This document shows positions 1 through 11,424 of a stretch of DNA of 64,000 nt, in pieces (position 1 is the first letter of the stretch; the number at the start of each line of letters is the position of its first letter). The notes beneath the pieces were generated by a model, which was not told the origin of the DNA, made no database searches, and saw nothing but the letters and a program-made list of their open reading frames with translations. A program made the translations under genes and the position numbers. Where the stretch lies: positions 6,820,001 through 6,884,000 of the forward strand of contig JBHGNT010000006.1 of assembly GCA_043228905.1 (NCBI GenBank), given 5' to 3'. This stretch comes from Azolla caroliniana (Eukaryota; Plantae; Polypodiophyta).

Positions 1-184
1 CGTATTCTGCGCCCATTTCGTCCACTATTGCACAGAGCTCTCGTCAATCAAGCGTTTGGTCTTGGTGAGCCGTGCCCGGAGGATGCACCGGATCCGTTCG
101 GTTCCCATCCGTGATTTGTTCTCAGCGGCTTGTCGCTCCTCTTTCAATTTCTTGATGATTCTGACCATGTCCGCCTCCTGCTCC

Positions 185-2210
185 CTATAATGCGACAATT
201 GTTTGCAACCTCTGTAACACCATTGTCGCCCTTTCCTTTTCTTCATGGTTCTGCTTGTGGAGCTCCATCCGGTCCCTCGCCGCTTCCTCCAATAGCTTTG
301 TATTCTCAGCTCGTTCGTCGGCGAGTGCCGTTGTGGCCCTATCAACTTCCTGCCGGAGCTCGGCCATCCTTTCCTGTTGTTGCTTATACTCCGTCTCCAA
401 CTGCTTGTAGTCCCGGTGCAGATGATCAAAATCATCGGTCTTCTGCTTTAGCCTCTGTTGACGGAGTTCTTCCTTCAGCCTTTCGATTTCCGTCTCCGCC
501 ATCCGTTGCAACTTGTCCTTCTCCTGCAACAATTTTTCTTTTTCCTCCTTTAGCCGGTCGTAAGCTTGATGCCCTTTCCGCAGATTTTCTTCTGCCCGAC
601 GGAGGTTTTCAACAGTTTTCCTTAACTCCTCTTTTGCTGCTTTCTTCAAATCTCGTTCGCGGCTCCGTAGTGCTTCTTGTGCAGCAAGTTCGTCCCTTAA
701 TTCGGCAAGCTCTTGGGCTTGCGCCACATCTTTCTCCGGAACAATTTCTGTCTCCGAGGTCTTATTCGTATGTACATCCACCGGAGTCACCGGTGCTTGG
801 ATCTGTGTTGCGGTTAAGGCCATTTTGGCCATGTCTTCTATGACCCGATCCAAGTCTTGTTCGAGGCACCGGATCCTTGACCGGGCCGTCTCTAGTTCAT
901 TGGTTGTGACCAACAACCGTTCCATCTACGCTCGTTCTTCCGCCTCTACGTATCCGACTACTCCGGCAATTTGTTCTCCTATCCACCGAAGCCATTGGCT
1001 GCCGGTGCACTATTGGTGCGCTTGCACGGAGGGTTGGCTGATGGGTTCGCTTGTAAGTGGCCAGTCCCGCCTAATTGCGTCGAGCTGCAATTTTGGTTCT
1101 GCCTGCTGACCACTTTGCCGTTCCGGTTCTGGGTGTGTTTCGGCTAGCCGCTCCTTGTCTGCTTGTTCTTGGCTGGTTGAGGAGGTTGGCATTTGTATAA
1201 CCGGCTCTTGAGTTATGGGGCTTGCCGGTGTTGCCTGTTGTGCAGGAACTTCTGTGACCGGTTCCATCTGAACTGGTTTCGGAGCCTCCCTTGGGATGAG
1301 ATTCTCAGTGTGGGTTGCGGGCGTTCCATCCTTCTGTGGGTCCGAATGCTTCCCAACTGATTCTGCGGTCCTCTTCACCAGCTGCCGCCGGAGGTGCTCC
1401 GTAGGCTCTTCCTCCGTTTCCTCCTCTTGAGTCCCGACATTCATTCTTGCCGCCAGGGTGTCCGTTTCTTGCTGCACTGGTCGGTGGAGTGGGCTCTTCA
1501 GGGGCCGTGCCGGTGTCTCCTCGTGCGTGTCCGTCGGCCGCTTCTGGCTGGCGCGCTCCTTTGCCGCCTTCTTTGCGTCGGCCGTCTTCCCCTTACTGGC
1601 CTTGGAGGCCAACAACTGTTTCCGTTTTGAAGCAGGTTTCGGGGTGCCGTCCGTTGCTCTTCCCTGTTTCTTGGTCTGGACGGGCTCGACAGGTGGCGCC
1701 CATAGGGTGAGCCATTGCGTCACGACATGCCATATTTTCTCGCCTTCTTTGCTTTCCTTGCCGTCCTTACCTCTTACGGTATCAATAGCCGCGCTCAATC
1801 CGTCGGCAATCAGCACCGACCAATCCACCTTGACCCTTCGTACGTTGCGATAATCAAGCCTACTCAGTTCTAAGGCATAACGGGGGGTCGAAGGTATACG
1901 TGGCCGAACTCATGGAGCACACAAGCAATTTCACGAAATAACATATCTTCGCCGCCTTGTGTCCTGTAGCCCTTGCTGGCGAGAGAATACTCACCGAAAT
2001 ATTTGATGAGCTGCTCGGAGGTAGGATTGTCGATCGTGTAGATGCCCCCCTCCAAAAGGCTTGTTAACGCACATATCGCCTCCTCCGTGATCACCTCTGT
2101 GTCGATTTCTTTGATAATCTTTTCGGCCTCCTTGTGTGGCGTCACCTCCATGATCGTCAAGAAACCCTCCAGTCCGTGTTGCTATAGCCATTTCTTGGCG
2201 GCTTCAGACA
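185..2210 (-). pseudogene. Extra 3' ORF of element 1, frameshifted into 1870-2160, 1010-1828 and 185-925; N-terminal conserved domain, P/Q/E-rich linker, C-terminal coiled coil
   Basis: Lies on the same strand downstream of integrase. Motifs YFGEYSLASKGYRT and DWSVLI resemble YFGPYSSSAKAYRT and VDWGVI in ORF 20001-20720. The 185-925 part is E/K/R/L-rich with a heptad-like pattern. Confidence 0.65.
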
Positions 2211-2899
2211 GTGTTTGGCAGTCCATCTCTGCGTCCTCCAGGTCGGAGAGCGTTGGCGAGGTTTGACGGTGGAGAGAGTGTGAGAGAGAAAGTTCTGAGT
2301 GAGGGGGTTCTCTGTGCGCGAGCTCTCTTCGATTGAACTTCACGCGTCTGTCTGCGTCTGTTCTCCTTGGTTCGCGAAAGAAGAAGGTCTCGATGAGGGG
2401 GACGTTTTCTCTTTTGCATCCTGGCGCCTTTTTCGAGCTTACGCATGTGTAGGTCGTGTACTATAATAGCATTTCGTGCCATGTAGCGGTGGTTTAATGC
2501 CCTATTCATAGCCTCCTCGTACCTTTTCGAAGTGCCTCTTTACTCCTCGTTTGCATGGCCATTCCCACCACTCCTTTGCATGATTTCTTTGATTCGATTT
2601 TTCTTTTTCTTTTTTTCTTTTTTTTTTCTGAAATTAATTGTGTGGTTAATTTTTCTCCAGTCCTGTTGGACCCTTACCCGAAATGCGCATCTTGCCGGCC
2701 TCTTGATGGTTTGCCATCGTTTTGCTCTCCCCGGTTGCCGGCTCGTGCTCCTCCTTACTGGCTTGGTGGTAGCCGTTTTCCTCACAGGTTGCCGTCTTGG
2801 TTGGCCTGCCGGCGTCCGATTCGGTGTCGGCCCTTTGTTCAAATGGGTTCTTGGGCATAGGTCCTTTGTATGGCTTTAGTCTAAATCCGTTGACCCATT

Positions 2900-4760
2900 T
2901 ACCCAGCACCTCGCCAGCAAGTGTCCCTAACTGGTACGACCCATTGAACCCGCGTGTGATCTAGTACGGTTCGATCGATCTAAACCGTAGTTTTCCTGGC
3001 ATTTTACCCATCCGGGTCTGGAACACTAGTACCGGCTTGCCGATTTCGAACATCTTTTCGTTTCCCTTCTGGTGCCGATCTACAAACGCTTTCCGTTGCC
3101 GTTGTTCCAATTCCAGGTGCATGATGCTCGCAAGTTGGTGTTCTTTTAGTTCACACAGAGCCTTAACCGAATTGCCTCCGATTCCTTTTCATTAAGTCGT
3201 TCTCGAATCTGGATCCGTAAGCTCAGTACCTGGAACTCGACCGGCATGACTGTCTCCAATCCGAATGCTAACCGGAACGGTGTGGTTTGGATGCTTGTTT
3301 TGTAGGCTGTCCGGTAAGCCCAGAGTGCACTGTGTAGCTTTGTGTCCCAATCTGTCCGATTCTCATTGACGATCTTACGTAGGATATTCTGTAGCGTTTT
3401 GTTTGTTGACTCAACTAATCTGTTAGCTTGTGGGTAGTACGGGGTGCTCCGTTTATGTATTACCGCATAGAATGACGTCAAGCTCTCCACTACCTGTCCA
3501 AGAAAGTGCCCTCCTTGGTCGCTTATCAGCTCTATGGGGCATCTGTACCGTCACCAAATGTATTCGTATAAGAATTTTGCTGTTTTTCTTTGGTACGACT
3601 ACTATCGGGCTCAACCATGTAGATTTCTTTACGGGACGGAAAAAGCCAACCCTCAGCAACTTGTCGATTTCCTCCTTGACTTTGGCGGCGTAGTTTGGAT
3701 TCATCCGGTACCGTCGTTGTGCTACCGGTTTGGCGTCTTTGCTCAAATGTATTTGATGCTGATATAGCTGAGGATTGAGCCCTCTCATATCCTCATAGGA
3801 CCAGGCAAACACGTCCCGAAACTCTTTGAGAAGTGTAATCATCGCCGTTTTGTTCTACGTAGTCATTTCCTTGGCTATCTGCACCGGTCTCGTCTCTTCC
3901 GTAGTTCCTAGATTTACTTCCTCTAGTTGGGATGCTTTAACCCGTTGTGATACAGCCATTTCTCTTTCCAGCGCTTTTTGTGCTTGCCGTAGCTCCCTGA
4001 TCACTTCTTTATTTGGTTCTTCGTCCGCTCCGTCCGGTGGGACTATGTATGGTGATACGGCTTCAACTACGTCGATTTCAAACAGAGGTACTATCTTCGG
4101 ATTATCTTGCAAGTATTGATCCACCTCTTCGTCTGCTAATCCGTCCAGCATATTGACACATTCGGCATATAAGGGTGTCAATTCCTTCCCGGTACCCGTC
4201 CGTGGTTGTGTCGGTACCCATACTTTTGCTTTTCCCCGCCGGAAGGTGATTATATGCTTCCTCCAGTTTTGTTTAATGTGCGCCGTTTTTAGCCATGGCC
4301 GCCCCAACAATAGCGGCTAAGCTCCTTGTGCCTGTAATTGTAGCACTACTGTCGAGATGCGAAATGTGTGGCCGCCGATTGTTACTTCCAAATCTCGTAT
4401 CAAGCCGGTCGGTCGCACTGAGCTTGTATCCGCCATCCATAGCCAGAACGGGCATGGTTCCCACTCTTGGATTCCCAAAGTTGTGCATGTTCGGAGGCTA
4501 ATCACATTGACGCCGGATCCTCCATCTATTACTGTTCCGGGTAACTCCTTTCCCTTCACGATGGCTGTGATCGCCGGACTGTTTGTGTCTACCACCGCCG
4601 GTCCCTCCTCTGGATTTGAGAAGAATGTTGGTGCTGGTGGTGTTTCTCCTGCCGTCATGCCTGTCTTGAGTCCTTCTATGAATCTGGGCACTAGTTGCAG
4701 GAGCCGTCCTAACGGTAGCGTGATTTGGCACTCCTGCAATGCCTACCATGTCGCATTTTC
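2900..4760 (-). pseudogene. pol remnant of element 1 (protease, RT N-terminus, integrase C-terminus)
   Basis: ORFs 4317-4739 (DGGSG protease), 3855-4310, 3453-3842 (RT start) and 3146-3490 (integrase). The RT core and RNase H are missing. Confidence 0.85.
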
Positions 4761-4856
4761 GGTCTGACTGCCGCCGGCGAGCTCTTCGGTGTTCTCCTTT
4801 TGCTGCGCAAGTTCTGCTACGTTTTGCTCATTTGCCTTTTTCACCCATTCCGGTGC

Positions 4857-6740
4857 CTACTTCCGGATGGCCTCTTGTGTCTCCCATTCCGTCGCCTTGC
4901 CCTTCGATCTTGTGGTAACCTGCTGCAGGTCTGCGACTTCGGTGACTACCATGTTTACTGCCGGTCGCTTGTCATAGCTCTTTGTCGGACATTGATTACT
5001 ATAATGTCCTTCTTGCCAGCAATAATAGCAATATGCTTTCCGGGTATTGCTGGATTCGGCATTGTTTCCTGTACCCGGTGGAGGACCTGTACGGACCACG
5101 GGGCTTTGGTCCGGTTGGCTGCTTGAGGCGCCTTTTTCCAGTTCACATGGGTGGCTCCCTTTTTTGAAATGCCGTTGTTTATTAAATTTCTTTTTGTTGC
5201 AGTACCCTTGACGGGGTTGGTCATCATATCTCCCGTAATCTTCCCGTCGTTGGTGATACCCGGGGGAGTGATCCCGGTTGTAATGCTCGTACCGTCCATT
5301 GTAATCTCGGTACTTGTCATATCTCTCGTACCGGTCATAGTTGTCTCGCCAATCGCCGTACCGGACATCTTGTGCCGGTCGATATCGCTCCTCTCGCCGC
5401 CAACGTTCGTCTTCTTCGTCTCGACTGCTACGTGGTTCGATTTGCCAGACTGGTGGTGCTTGCCGATTCAATAATTTATATTTGCACCGGTCCATCGTGT
5501 GGCTCGTCGATTGGCAGAGTAAGCAGTGCGTCCACATGGTGCACTCCAGTGCCGAGTGTCCGGAATTCAAGCAGGTCGTGCATTGGATTGCTTGCCGGAA
5601 CCGGAGATCCTCATCGGTTGGTAACGCTCGTTGGAGGGTTCCCATTGTTAGCCAAGAGCTCGTTTTCTCCATTTCTCTAACCCGGTCGATGACTTGGTCG
5701 ACGGTGCTTGTGCGAAAGTCGATGACCGTGCATTCTGTTCGTAGAGGTTCCTGGAGCGCGGCTAAGAATATAGCCCATGTTTCTTCCTCCGGAGGTGTTC
5801 GGGTAAGCTGACTGTGCATCCGTTGAAACCGGATGACAAACTGCGGAATGCTCTCCCCAGGGTCCGGCCGGATGGTATAAAATAGGCCCACCATTTTTCT
5901 CTGGTCCACCTCCTTCTGAAAGAAGTGCAATAATTTATCTTTCAGGTCCGCAAAGGTGGTGATGGTGCTGGGGTCCTGCGTCCCGTGCCATCTGGCAGCC
6001 GGTCCTTCCAATGTCACGCCGAATTCGGCTATCTTAGATCGTTCCTCTTCGACCGCGGTTAACCGTTGTGACACATGGTTCGCCTCCCATGTCTGTTGAA
6101 ACGCGTGAACATGAGCCTCCGCGTCCGGGTCATCCCTATACTTGGAGTACTGGAATGATATGTCGTCGTCCGGTGTTGGTACGCGGGTTGGCGGTGTCAG
6201 TGGTCTTTCCTGCTGTTCTGTCGGCGTCGGAGGTCTTTGCCGGTCTTCCTTTGGTGTTGCCGGCTCGACTTCCGATGTCGGAGGTCTTTCTTTGTCTTCT
6301 TCCATCTCCGGAGGTTGCTCCACGTCTAGTACCAGAGGTTCCCGGTCTGACAATTCTGGTTCCGGTGTCGGTAATGTATCTAACTCCGAGTCCTCCGGTC
6401 CTCCTAGGGTGTCGTTACTGCTGCGATAGTTCGTGTGTGCACTGTAACCCCCTTCTGAATCCGATTCCAGCGCCGAAAATGCTTCGGATTCGCCGTCTCT
6501 TCCGGCCAAGGCCTGGAGAAGGAATTCCGCTTCCCGGAAGCTGCTTAAGCTGCTTCCTTCGTCCGGGTAAGCGTTTTGTTGCAGACGGAGCGAATCCTCC
6601 GCCACTTTCCGGATCACTTTGGAAAATGATCGATCCGATCCGATTTCTTCCGCCGCTTGCTGGAAAGCCTCTCTCCGCCTTTGCCGTTGAGCAAGTCTTC
6701 GTGCTCTCTTTGTAACCGGGTCGTCTGTTGGCCTAGTCAT
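4857..6740 (-). CDS. Gag polyprotein of element 1
   Basis: 627-aa ORF right after the PBS, with a retrotransposon-gag-like core (LEGPAARW, GESIPQFVIRF) and zinc knuckles (CTTCLNSGHSALEC, CYYCWQEGHYSNQC). Confidence 0.85.
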   Translation of the reverse strand: MTRPTDDPVTKRARRLAQRQRRREAFQQAAEEIGSDRSFSKVIRKVAEDSLRLQQNAYPDEGSSLSSFREAEFLLQALAGRDGESEAFSALESDSEGGYSAHTNYRSSNDTLGGPEDSELDTLPTPEPELSDREPLVLDVEQPPEMEEDKERPPTSEVEPATPKEDRQRPPTPTEQQERPLTPPTRVPTPDDDISFQYSKYRDDPDAEAHVHAFQQTWEANHVSQRLTAVEEERSKIAEFGVTLEGPAARWHGTQDPSTITTFADLKDKLLHFFQKEVDQRKMVGLFYTIRPDPGESIPQFVIRFQRMHSQLTRTPPEEETWAIFLAALQEPLRTECTVIDFRTSTVDQVIDRVREMEKTSSWLTMGTLQRALPTDEDLRFRQAIQCTTCLNSGHSALECTMWTHCLLCQSTSHTMDRCKYKLLNRQAPPVWQIEPRSSRDEEDERWRREERYRPAQDVRYGDWRDNYDRYERYDKYRDYNGRYEHYNRDHSPGYHQRREDYGRYDDQPRQGYCNKKKFNKQRHFKKGSHPCELEKGASSSQPDQSPVVRTGPPPGTGNNAESSNTRKAYCYYCWQEGHYSNQCPTKSYDKRPAVNMVVTEVADLQQVTTRSKGKATEWETQEAIRK

Positions 6741-6776
6741 CCATTCCTGCCGTTGTTCACTGCGATTGTGCAGGAA

Positions 6777-6788
6777 TCGTGGTCGCCA
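6777..6788 (-). promoter_or_regulatory. Primer-binding site, probably tRNA-Arg
   Basis: Minus strand reads TGGCGACCACGA a few nt after the LTR end, complementary to a tRNA 3' end ...GUGGUCGCCA. Confidence 0.7.
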
Positions 6789-6795
6789 AAAACTG

Positions 6796-7231
6796 TGTTA
6801 ATCCTAGGGCTGGACAACAGCCTAACATAGGGTGTCCACTTAAGACACTTCACCAAAGGGTGTTACGGCAAGATGACTTACGACACAACGCTTAATTATA
6901 CCTTAATTGGTTACTTAGCAATACGTCATTACACGCGTAAGATATAACAATGAGTACAGAACGGTAATCAATACTGAAAGGTTAAGGCAATAAGTTCTAT
7001 TAATTATCCGTTGTCAATTACATTGTAACCGGGCCTTTATATAGGTCTTCGGTGCGAAGTACAAAACGGTGCCAACCAGCACCTATTCGGAATCGGTCCG
7101 GATCCGGATCAGCATACCGATTCCGGTCCGTCCGTCCATATTAATAAAATAATTACAACAGTTCCCGTATAAACTATTCCTTTCACACTCTGGTCTGGAC
7201 ATCCTTAAGCCTTCTTGCCGGCCGGGTAACA
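6796..7231 (-). repeat. 5' LTR of element 1
   Basis: TGTTA...TAACA inverted termini, a minus-strand TATATAAA near 7036-7043, and the adjacent PBS. Confidence 0.8.
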
Positions 7232-9222
7232 TGAAATGGACCAAAAGAAGACGTGTCTACCTCATCTTAAACGTCTTCCTAAAGATGTCAACGACGATTG
7301 TCTCGTGCAGATGCACTTGGTGGGTTGTTTAGCCTATAATGGAAGTGTGAAGCCTCATGTCTTCGTCACCTACCCAAATGTCCACAATGACCCTAATTTA
7401 ACAGTCACTGTGATTCAAAAAGTATTGATGTCTTGGGGGCAGTCTTTGCCGCCGGTTTTATATATTCAACTAGACAATACTGGTGGAGAAAACAAAAATT
7501 CTACGGTGTTTGGTTATCTAAGTATGCTAGTGAACGAAGGAATTTTTAGGAAAGTGAAAGTTAACTTTCTATTGGTGGGTCACACACATGACCATATCGA
7601 TCAGATGTTCAGTAACTTCTCTAGGCAGTTATCACGATATGATGCTTTTACGTTACCTAAGTTGTTCGACATCATTTGGTATGCATATACACCACACCCA
7701 ATTGTGCAACACTTGAAGGAAATATATGATTTCAAGAGATACATATTAGATGGTGGTGAGCAAAATGCCAAAGTGTTAGTGCCCTTAAATAATATAAGTT
7801 TCAACCACGTATTCTTAATAAATAAAAATGATCATAGTGGTTGTACATTATTATATGCAAAGCAGTATTCATCCTCCCCCCAATGGGAGCTTGAAGGCGG
7901 GTGTCAGTTTCTACTTCATATGCCTTCCACTTTTGTTTATGGTGTAGGACAAATGCCGATTGAGACTAAGAAAGTTGTCACCAATGTACTAGCTGATAAT
8001 CCAAAGGATGTTTGGATGCAAGCGTTGCAAGACAAATGCAAGCACATTGACAATGCGAAGAAGTATGCTGGGGAACAAGACACATCATGGTGGGATGTGT
8101 TCTTTAAAGATCAAGAACAAATTATTGACAATTGTGTCCTTGGTATTTGGACCGTGCAAATACCCTTCACTTGGAATATACAACAATGTCGTAATTCTTA
8201 GACTTCTCCTTTTGCACCTAATGCGATTAATGATAGCTTGCTCCATCCACCACAAAGGGACATATATGTTGGACCCAGGCTGACAAAAACAACAGAAGCA
8301 AGGTGGCAAGGGAACTTGCAAGAATTGAAGATGGGTATGTTAATTGCTACACTTGCTGATGATAATGAGCTGGGACATCAATTTTGGATTGGTAAGGTTT
8401 TAGATGTGGTGATGCATGAGAACCAAAGCCAAATCCAGTCTATAAAGGTGCATTGGTACAACACTAAAAGCAAAAATGCCTTTACCGGCAAGTATGCTTG
8501 TAGATGATGGAATGTCCATGGTCAAGGGGGAATAGAAAGAGGAAAAGAAATATTCGTAGCACTTCATGCCTAGACATTGGTGACGTAGATATTATTGTTT
8601 ACGACTTCACACTAACAAAAGTTGGACGTTTCAGGAAGTCTACAATAGATATTATCAAGGAGAAATTACCTATTCTACAAGGGGTCTCATGTCGAAGGCA
8701 AACAAGATCGTCTATACATAACATGGAATGTCAACATCTAGTTTTAGATGAAGACAATGCCTTAATAGGTACATCCGAAGATGACGAGGAACAATCTGCA
8801 TTGTATATTAGTTATAGTAGCGACTCTGGATCATGATACGAGTGATTTTTGTAAATTTTACACTCCTCAATGATATTTTGGTATCTAATGTAAGAGAGTG
8901 TCGTTTGTAATACTCGAAATATGCGTAAATTATGTTTAGAAATATTATTGCTTTGTACAGACATTGTTTGTTACAAAATACATTACTTCTTGACTTCTTA
9001 GTGATAGTGAACATTGTACCATTTCGATTAGAGCATAATTTTAGCGTTTTTCCAAGTTTAGGAAATGATGATTTTTTGAGGTTTTCCAACGACATTTTGA
9101 GAACATGTGATACTGGTATCATTACGTTTTGTGAATAAAGTATATAAACCCGAAAATTTGAGGGAATATTCCTTATCCTTCCATTTTTGCGCGATCCTTC
9201 CACTTCTGAACGCGAACGTGTT
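7232..9222 (+). mobile_element. DNA transposon 3' remnant encoding a DDE-type transposase (Sola-like, tentative), copy 1
   Basis: ORF 7236-8201 has QLDNTGGENKN and FLLVGHTHDHIDQMFS motifs, with frameshifted continuations 8238-8507 and 8504-8836. Bases 7946-9222 recur at 59512-60788. Confidence 0.65.
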
Positions 9223-9901
9223 ATTCATGTGCTCCGCCATACTTCCGAAATACTGAGACCTGATTCAAAGCATTCTTACTCTCAAGCATGGTACCAACTT
9301 TCTCCTAGAGCACATGAGCCTTACTTTCTTCGTTGAAGTTGTTGTATAGGCTCATGTCGATGAAGCATCTTATGTATGTCGTCGTCTTCATATGCATCAC
9401 CTCCCAGGTCACAACGTCAATCTTGTTTGGTCTTTTGTCTCCAAACTGTATTGGCAGCCAAAGATCTTTAACCACAAACATGTCCCTCATCTTCGACTTC
9501 CACATTGGGTAGTTGGAGCCGGTGAGTTTGAACATGCCGCCAAATGGATTTTCCATGCTCTGATACTAGATTGATGGATATAGTGCTCCGCCACAACCGA
9601 ATCTCAAACACACAATGGAATCACAAACCAAATCTTTGTGTCCCTCTTTGTATAACGATACCAACTCTCAGCCAACTACGCTAATAACAATATTGCCCTA
9701 GTTATATTTGTACTTATATAACTTTGGGGTTATTGACAAATATGACCTCAAATAGTCACATCAAATATATACATATACTAATGTCTGGCCGGATACCAAC
9801 AAAATCCATATGATCCGGTTTCCAGATATCTTCCGGATCCATCTGGTCTGGCTTGTCCGGTTCTCATCTAGATCCCATCTGGAGGGACTAAATTCCCAAC
9901 A
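9223..9901 (-). mobile_element. Ty1/Copia 5' fragment (LTR 9572-9901, degenerate Met-tRNA PBS ~9557-9568, gag start)
   Basis: Minus-strand LTR TGTTGGG...CCATCA, then TAGTATCAGAGC, then gag MENPFGGMFKLTGSNY (9305-9556), homologous to gag at 54232. Confidence 0.8.
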
Positions 9902-9909
9902 CTAGGAAC

Positions 9910-10441
9910 TGTCACGATACAATGACATAAAATATATAGTTGATGAGTATTGAACTTGCAACCTCACATCAACAATACATCATGCTCAACCATCTTGAGA
10001 TGAGCATTGTATAAGATATATTTGATCTACATATCATTGTATAAGATGTACATGATCTAGGTATACTCTCTAGTCATCTAGAAAGTTCTAGAAAGTTCCA
10101 AGGTTCTAGAAGGTTCTAGAATATTCTTCAAAATATTCCAATGCATGTACTTCAACTTAGAGTATAAATACTTGTAACCATCTTGGTTCCTTTCAAGGGA
10201 TTCAATGCCAATCATTGACACATCAATCTAGTATTCTTGTTTGGCCCCATCTTCTCTCCTTGATTTACATCTCTGTCTTTATGCTCTTGTATTGTTCCTA
10301 GCGTCTTAAGTTCCTCATCTCATCGCTCCCAACTTCCCGAGTTTCTATCCTCATCATGTCGAGTTCCACGTTCGTAACCTTATCGATCGTGGCCTCGTCA
10401 TCTATGTTTTGTCGTAGTCTAGGGTTGGTGTGCCCATGATA
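9910..10441 (+). repeat. LTR of family B (heat-shock-element-bearing LTR)
   Basis: TGTCAC...CATGATA termini and TATAAATA at 10163-10170. It is the reverse complement of 10912-11802 once the MITE is removed. Confidence 0.9.
10080..10127 (+). promoter_or_regulatory. Heat shock element array in LTR-B U3
   Basis: aGAAagTTCtaGAAagTTCc and gTTCtaGAAggTTCtaGAAtaTTCt give 4 + 5 alternating nGAAn/nTTCn pentamers just upstream of the TATA box. Confidence 0.75.
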
Positions 10442-10490
10442 GTTTGCAACCTCATATCAACTATATATTTTATGTCATTGTATTGTGACA

Positions 10491-10911
10491 ACTATGACAC
10501 ATGATCAAAAAGAGAAATGGTTTGAGTCCATGATTGATGAGATGAGGTCCAAGCTGCCTAAGGGCAAGAGAGCACTAAAAAACTAATGGGTTTACAAGCT
10601 CAAGACGAAGGAACATTGCTCACAACCTAGATACAAGGCAAGATTGGTTGTGAAGGGGTTCAATAAGAAAAAGGGTGTTGATTTCGAGGAGGTTTTTTCA
10701 CCAATAGTGAAGATGTCCTCGATCAGAGTTGTACTTGCGATTGTAGCCAATGTCAATTTAGAAATTGAACAACTTGATGTAAAGACCACTTTCCTTCATG
10801 GTGATTTGGAAGATAAATTTACATGGAACAACTTGAGAGGTTTAGAATCAACGGAAAAGAAAACCTCCTATGTAGGTTAAAGAAGATCTTGTATGGTCTA
10901 AAACAAGTTCC
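10491..10911 (+). pseudogene. Ty1/Copia RT fragment ('family F')
   Basis: ARLVVKGFNKKKGVDFEEVFSP, QLDVKTTFLHGDL and LYGLKQVP motifs. It continues the frame that ends at 38345. Confidence 0.85.
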
Positions 10912-11424
10912 TGTCATGGGCACACCAACCCTAGACTACGACAAAGCATAGATGACGAGGCCACGATCGATAAGGTTACGAACGTGGAACTCGACATGAT
11001 GAGGATAGAAACTCGGGAAGTTGGGAGTGATGAGATGAGAAACTTAAGTCACTAGGAACAATACAAGAGCATAAAGACAAAGATGTAAATCACGGAGAGA
11101 AGATGGGGTCAAACAAGAATATTAGATTGATGTGTCAATGACTGGCGTTGAATCCCTTGATAGGGACCAAGATGGTTACAAGTATTTATACTCTAAATTG
11201 AAGTACATGCATTGGAATATTTTGAAGAATATTCTAGAACCTTCTAGAACCTTCGAACTTTCTAGAACTTTCTAGATGTCTAGAGAGTATACCTAGATCA
11301 TGTACATTTTATACAATGATATGTAGATCAAATATATCTTATACAATGCTCATATCAAGATGGTTGACCATGATGTATTGTTGATGTGAGGTTGCAAGTT
11401 CATCCTCAACAACTATATATTTTG

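Larger units (their letters stand above)
1..7231 (-). mobile_element. Ty3/Gypsy LTR retrotransposon (non-chromovirus, Athila/Tat-related; 'element 1'), internally deleted, 3' end outside window
   Basis: On the minus strand: LTR, tRNA PBS, gag with CCHC knuckle, protease (IDGGSGVNVI), RT start (WLSPIVVVPKKN) and integrase C-terminus (STPYYPQAN, WDTKLHSALWAYRT), in Gypsy order, followed by extra ORFs. Confidence 0.9.

Noticed and set aside
130-843. Long antisense ORFs over retroelement genes (here and e.g. 5341-5811, 21598-22128, 40572-41087)
   Set aside because: These are shadow frames of GC-rich coding sequence with no recognisable motifs.
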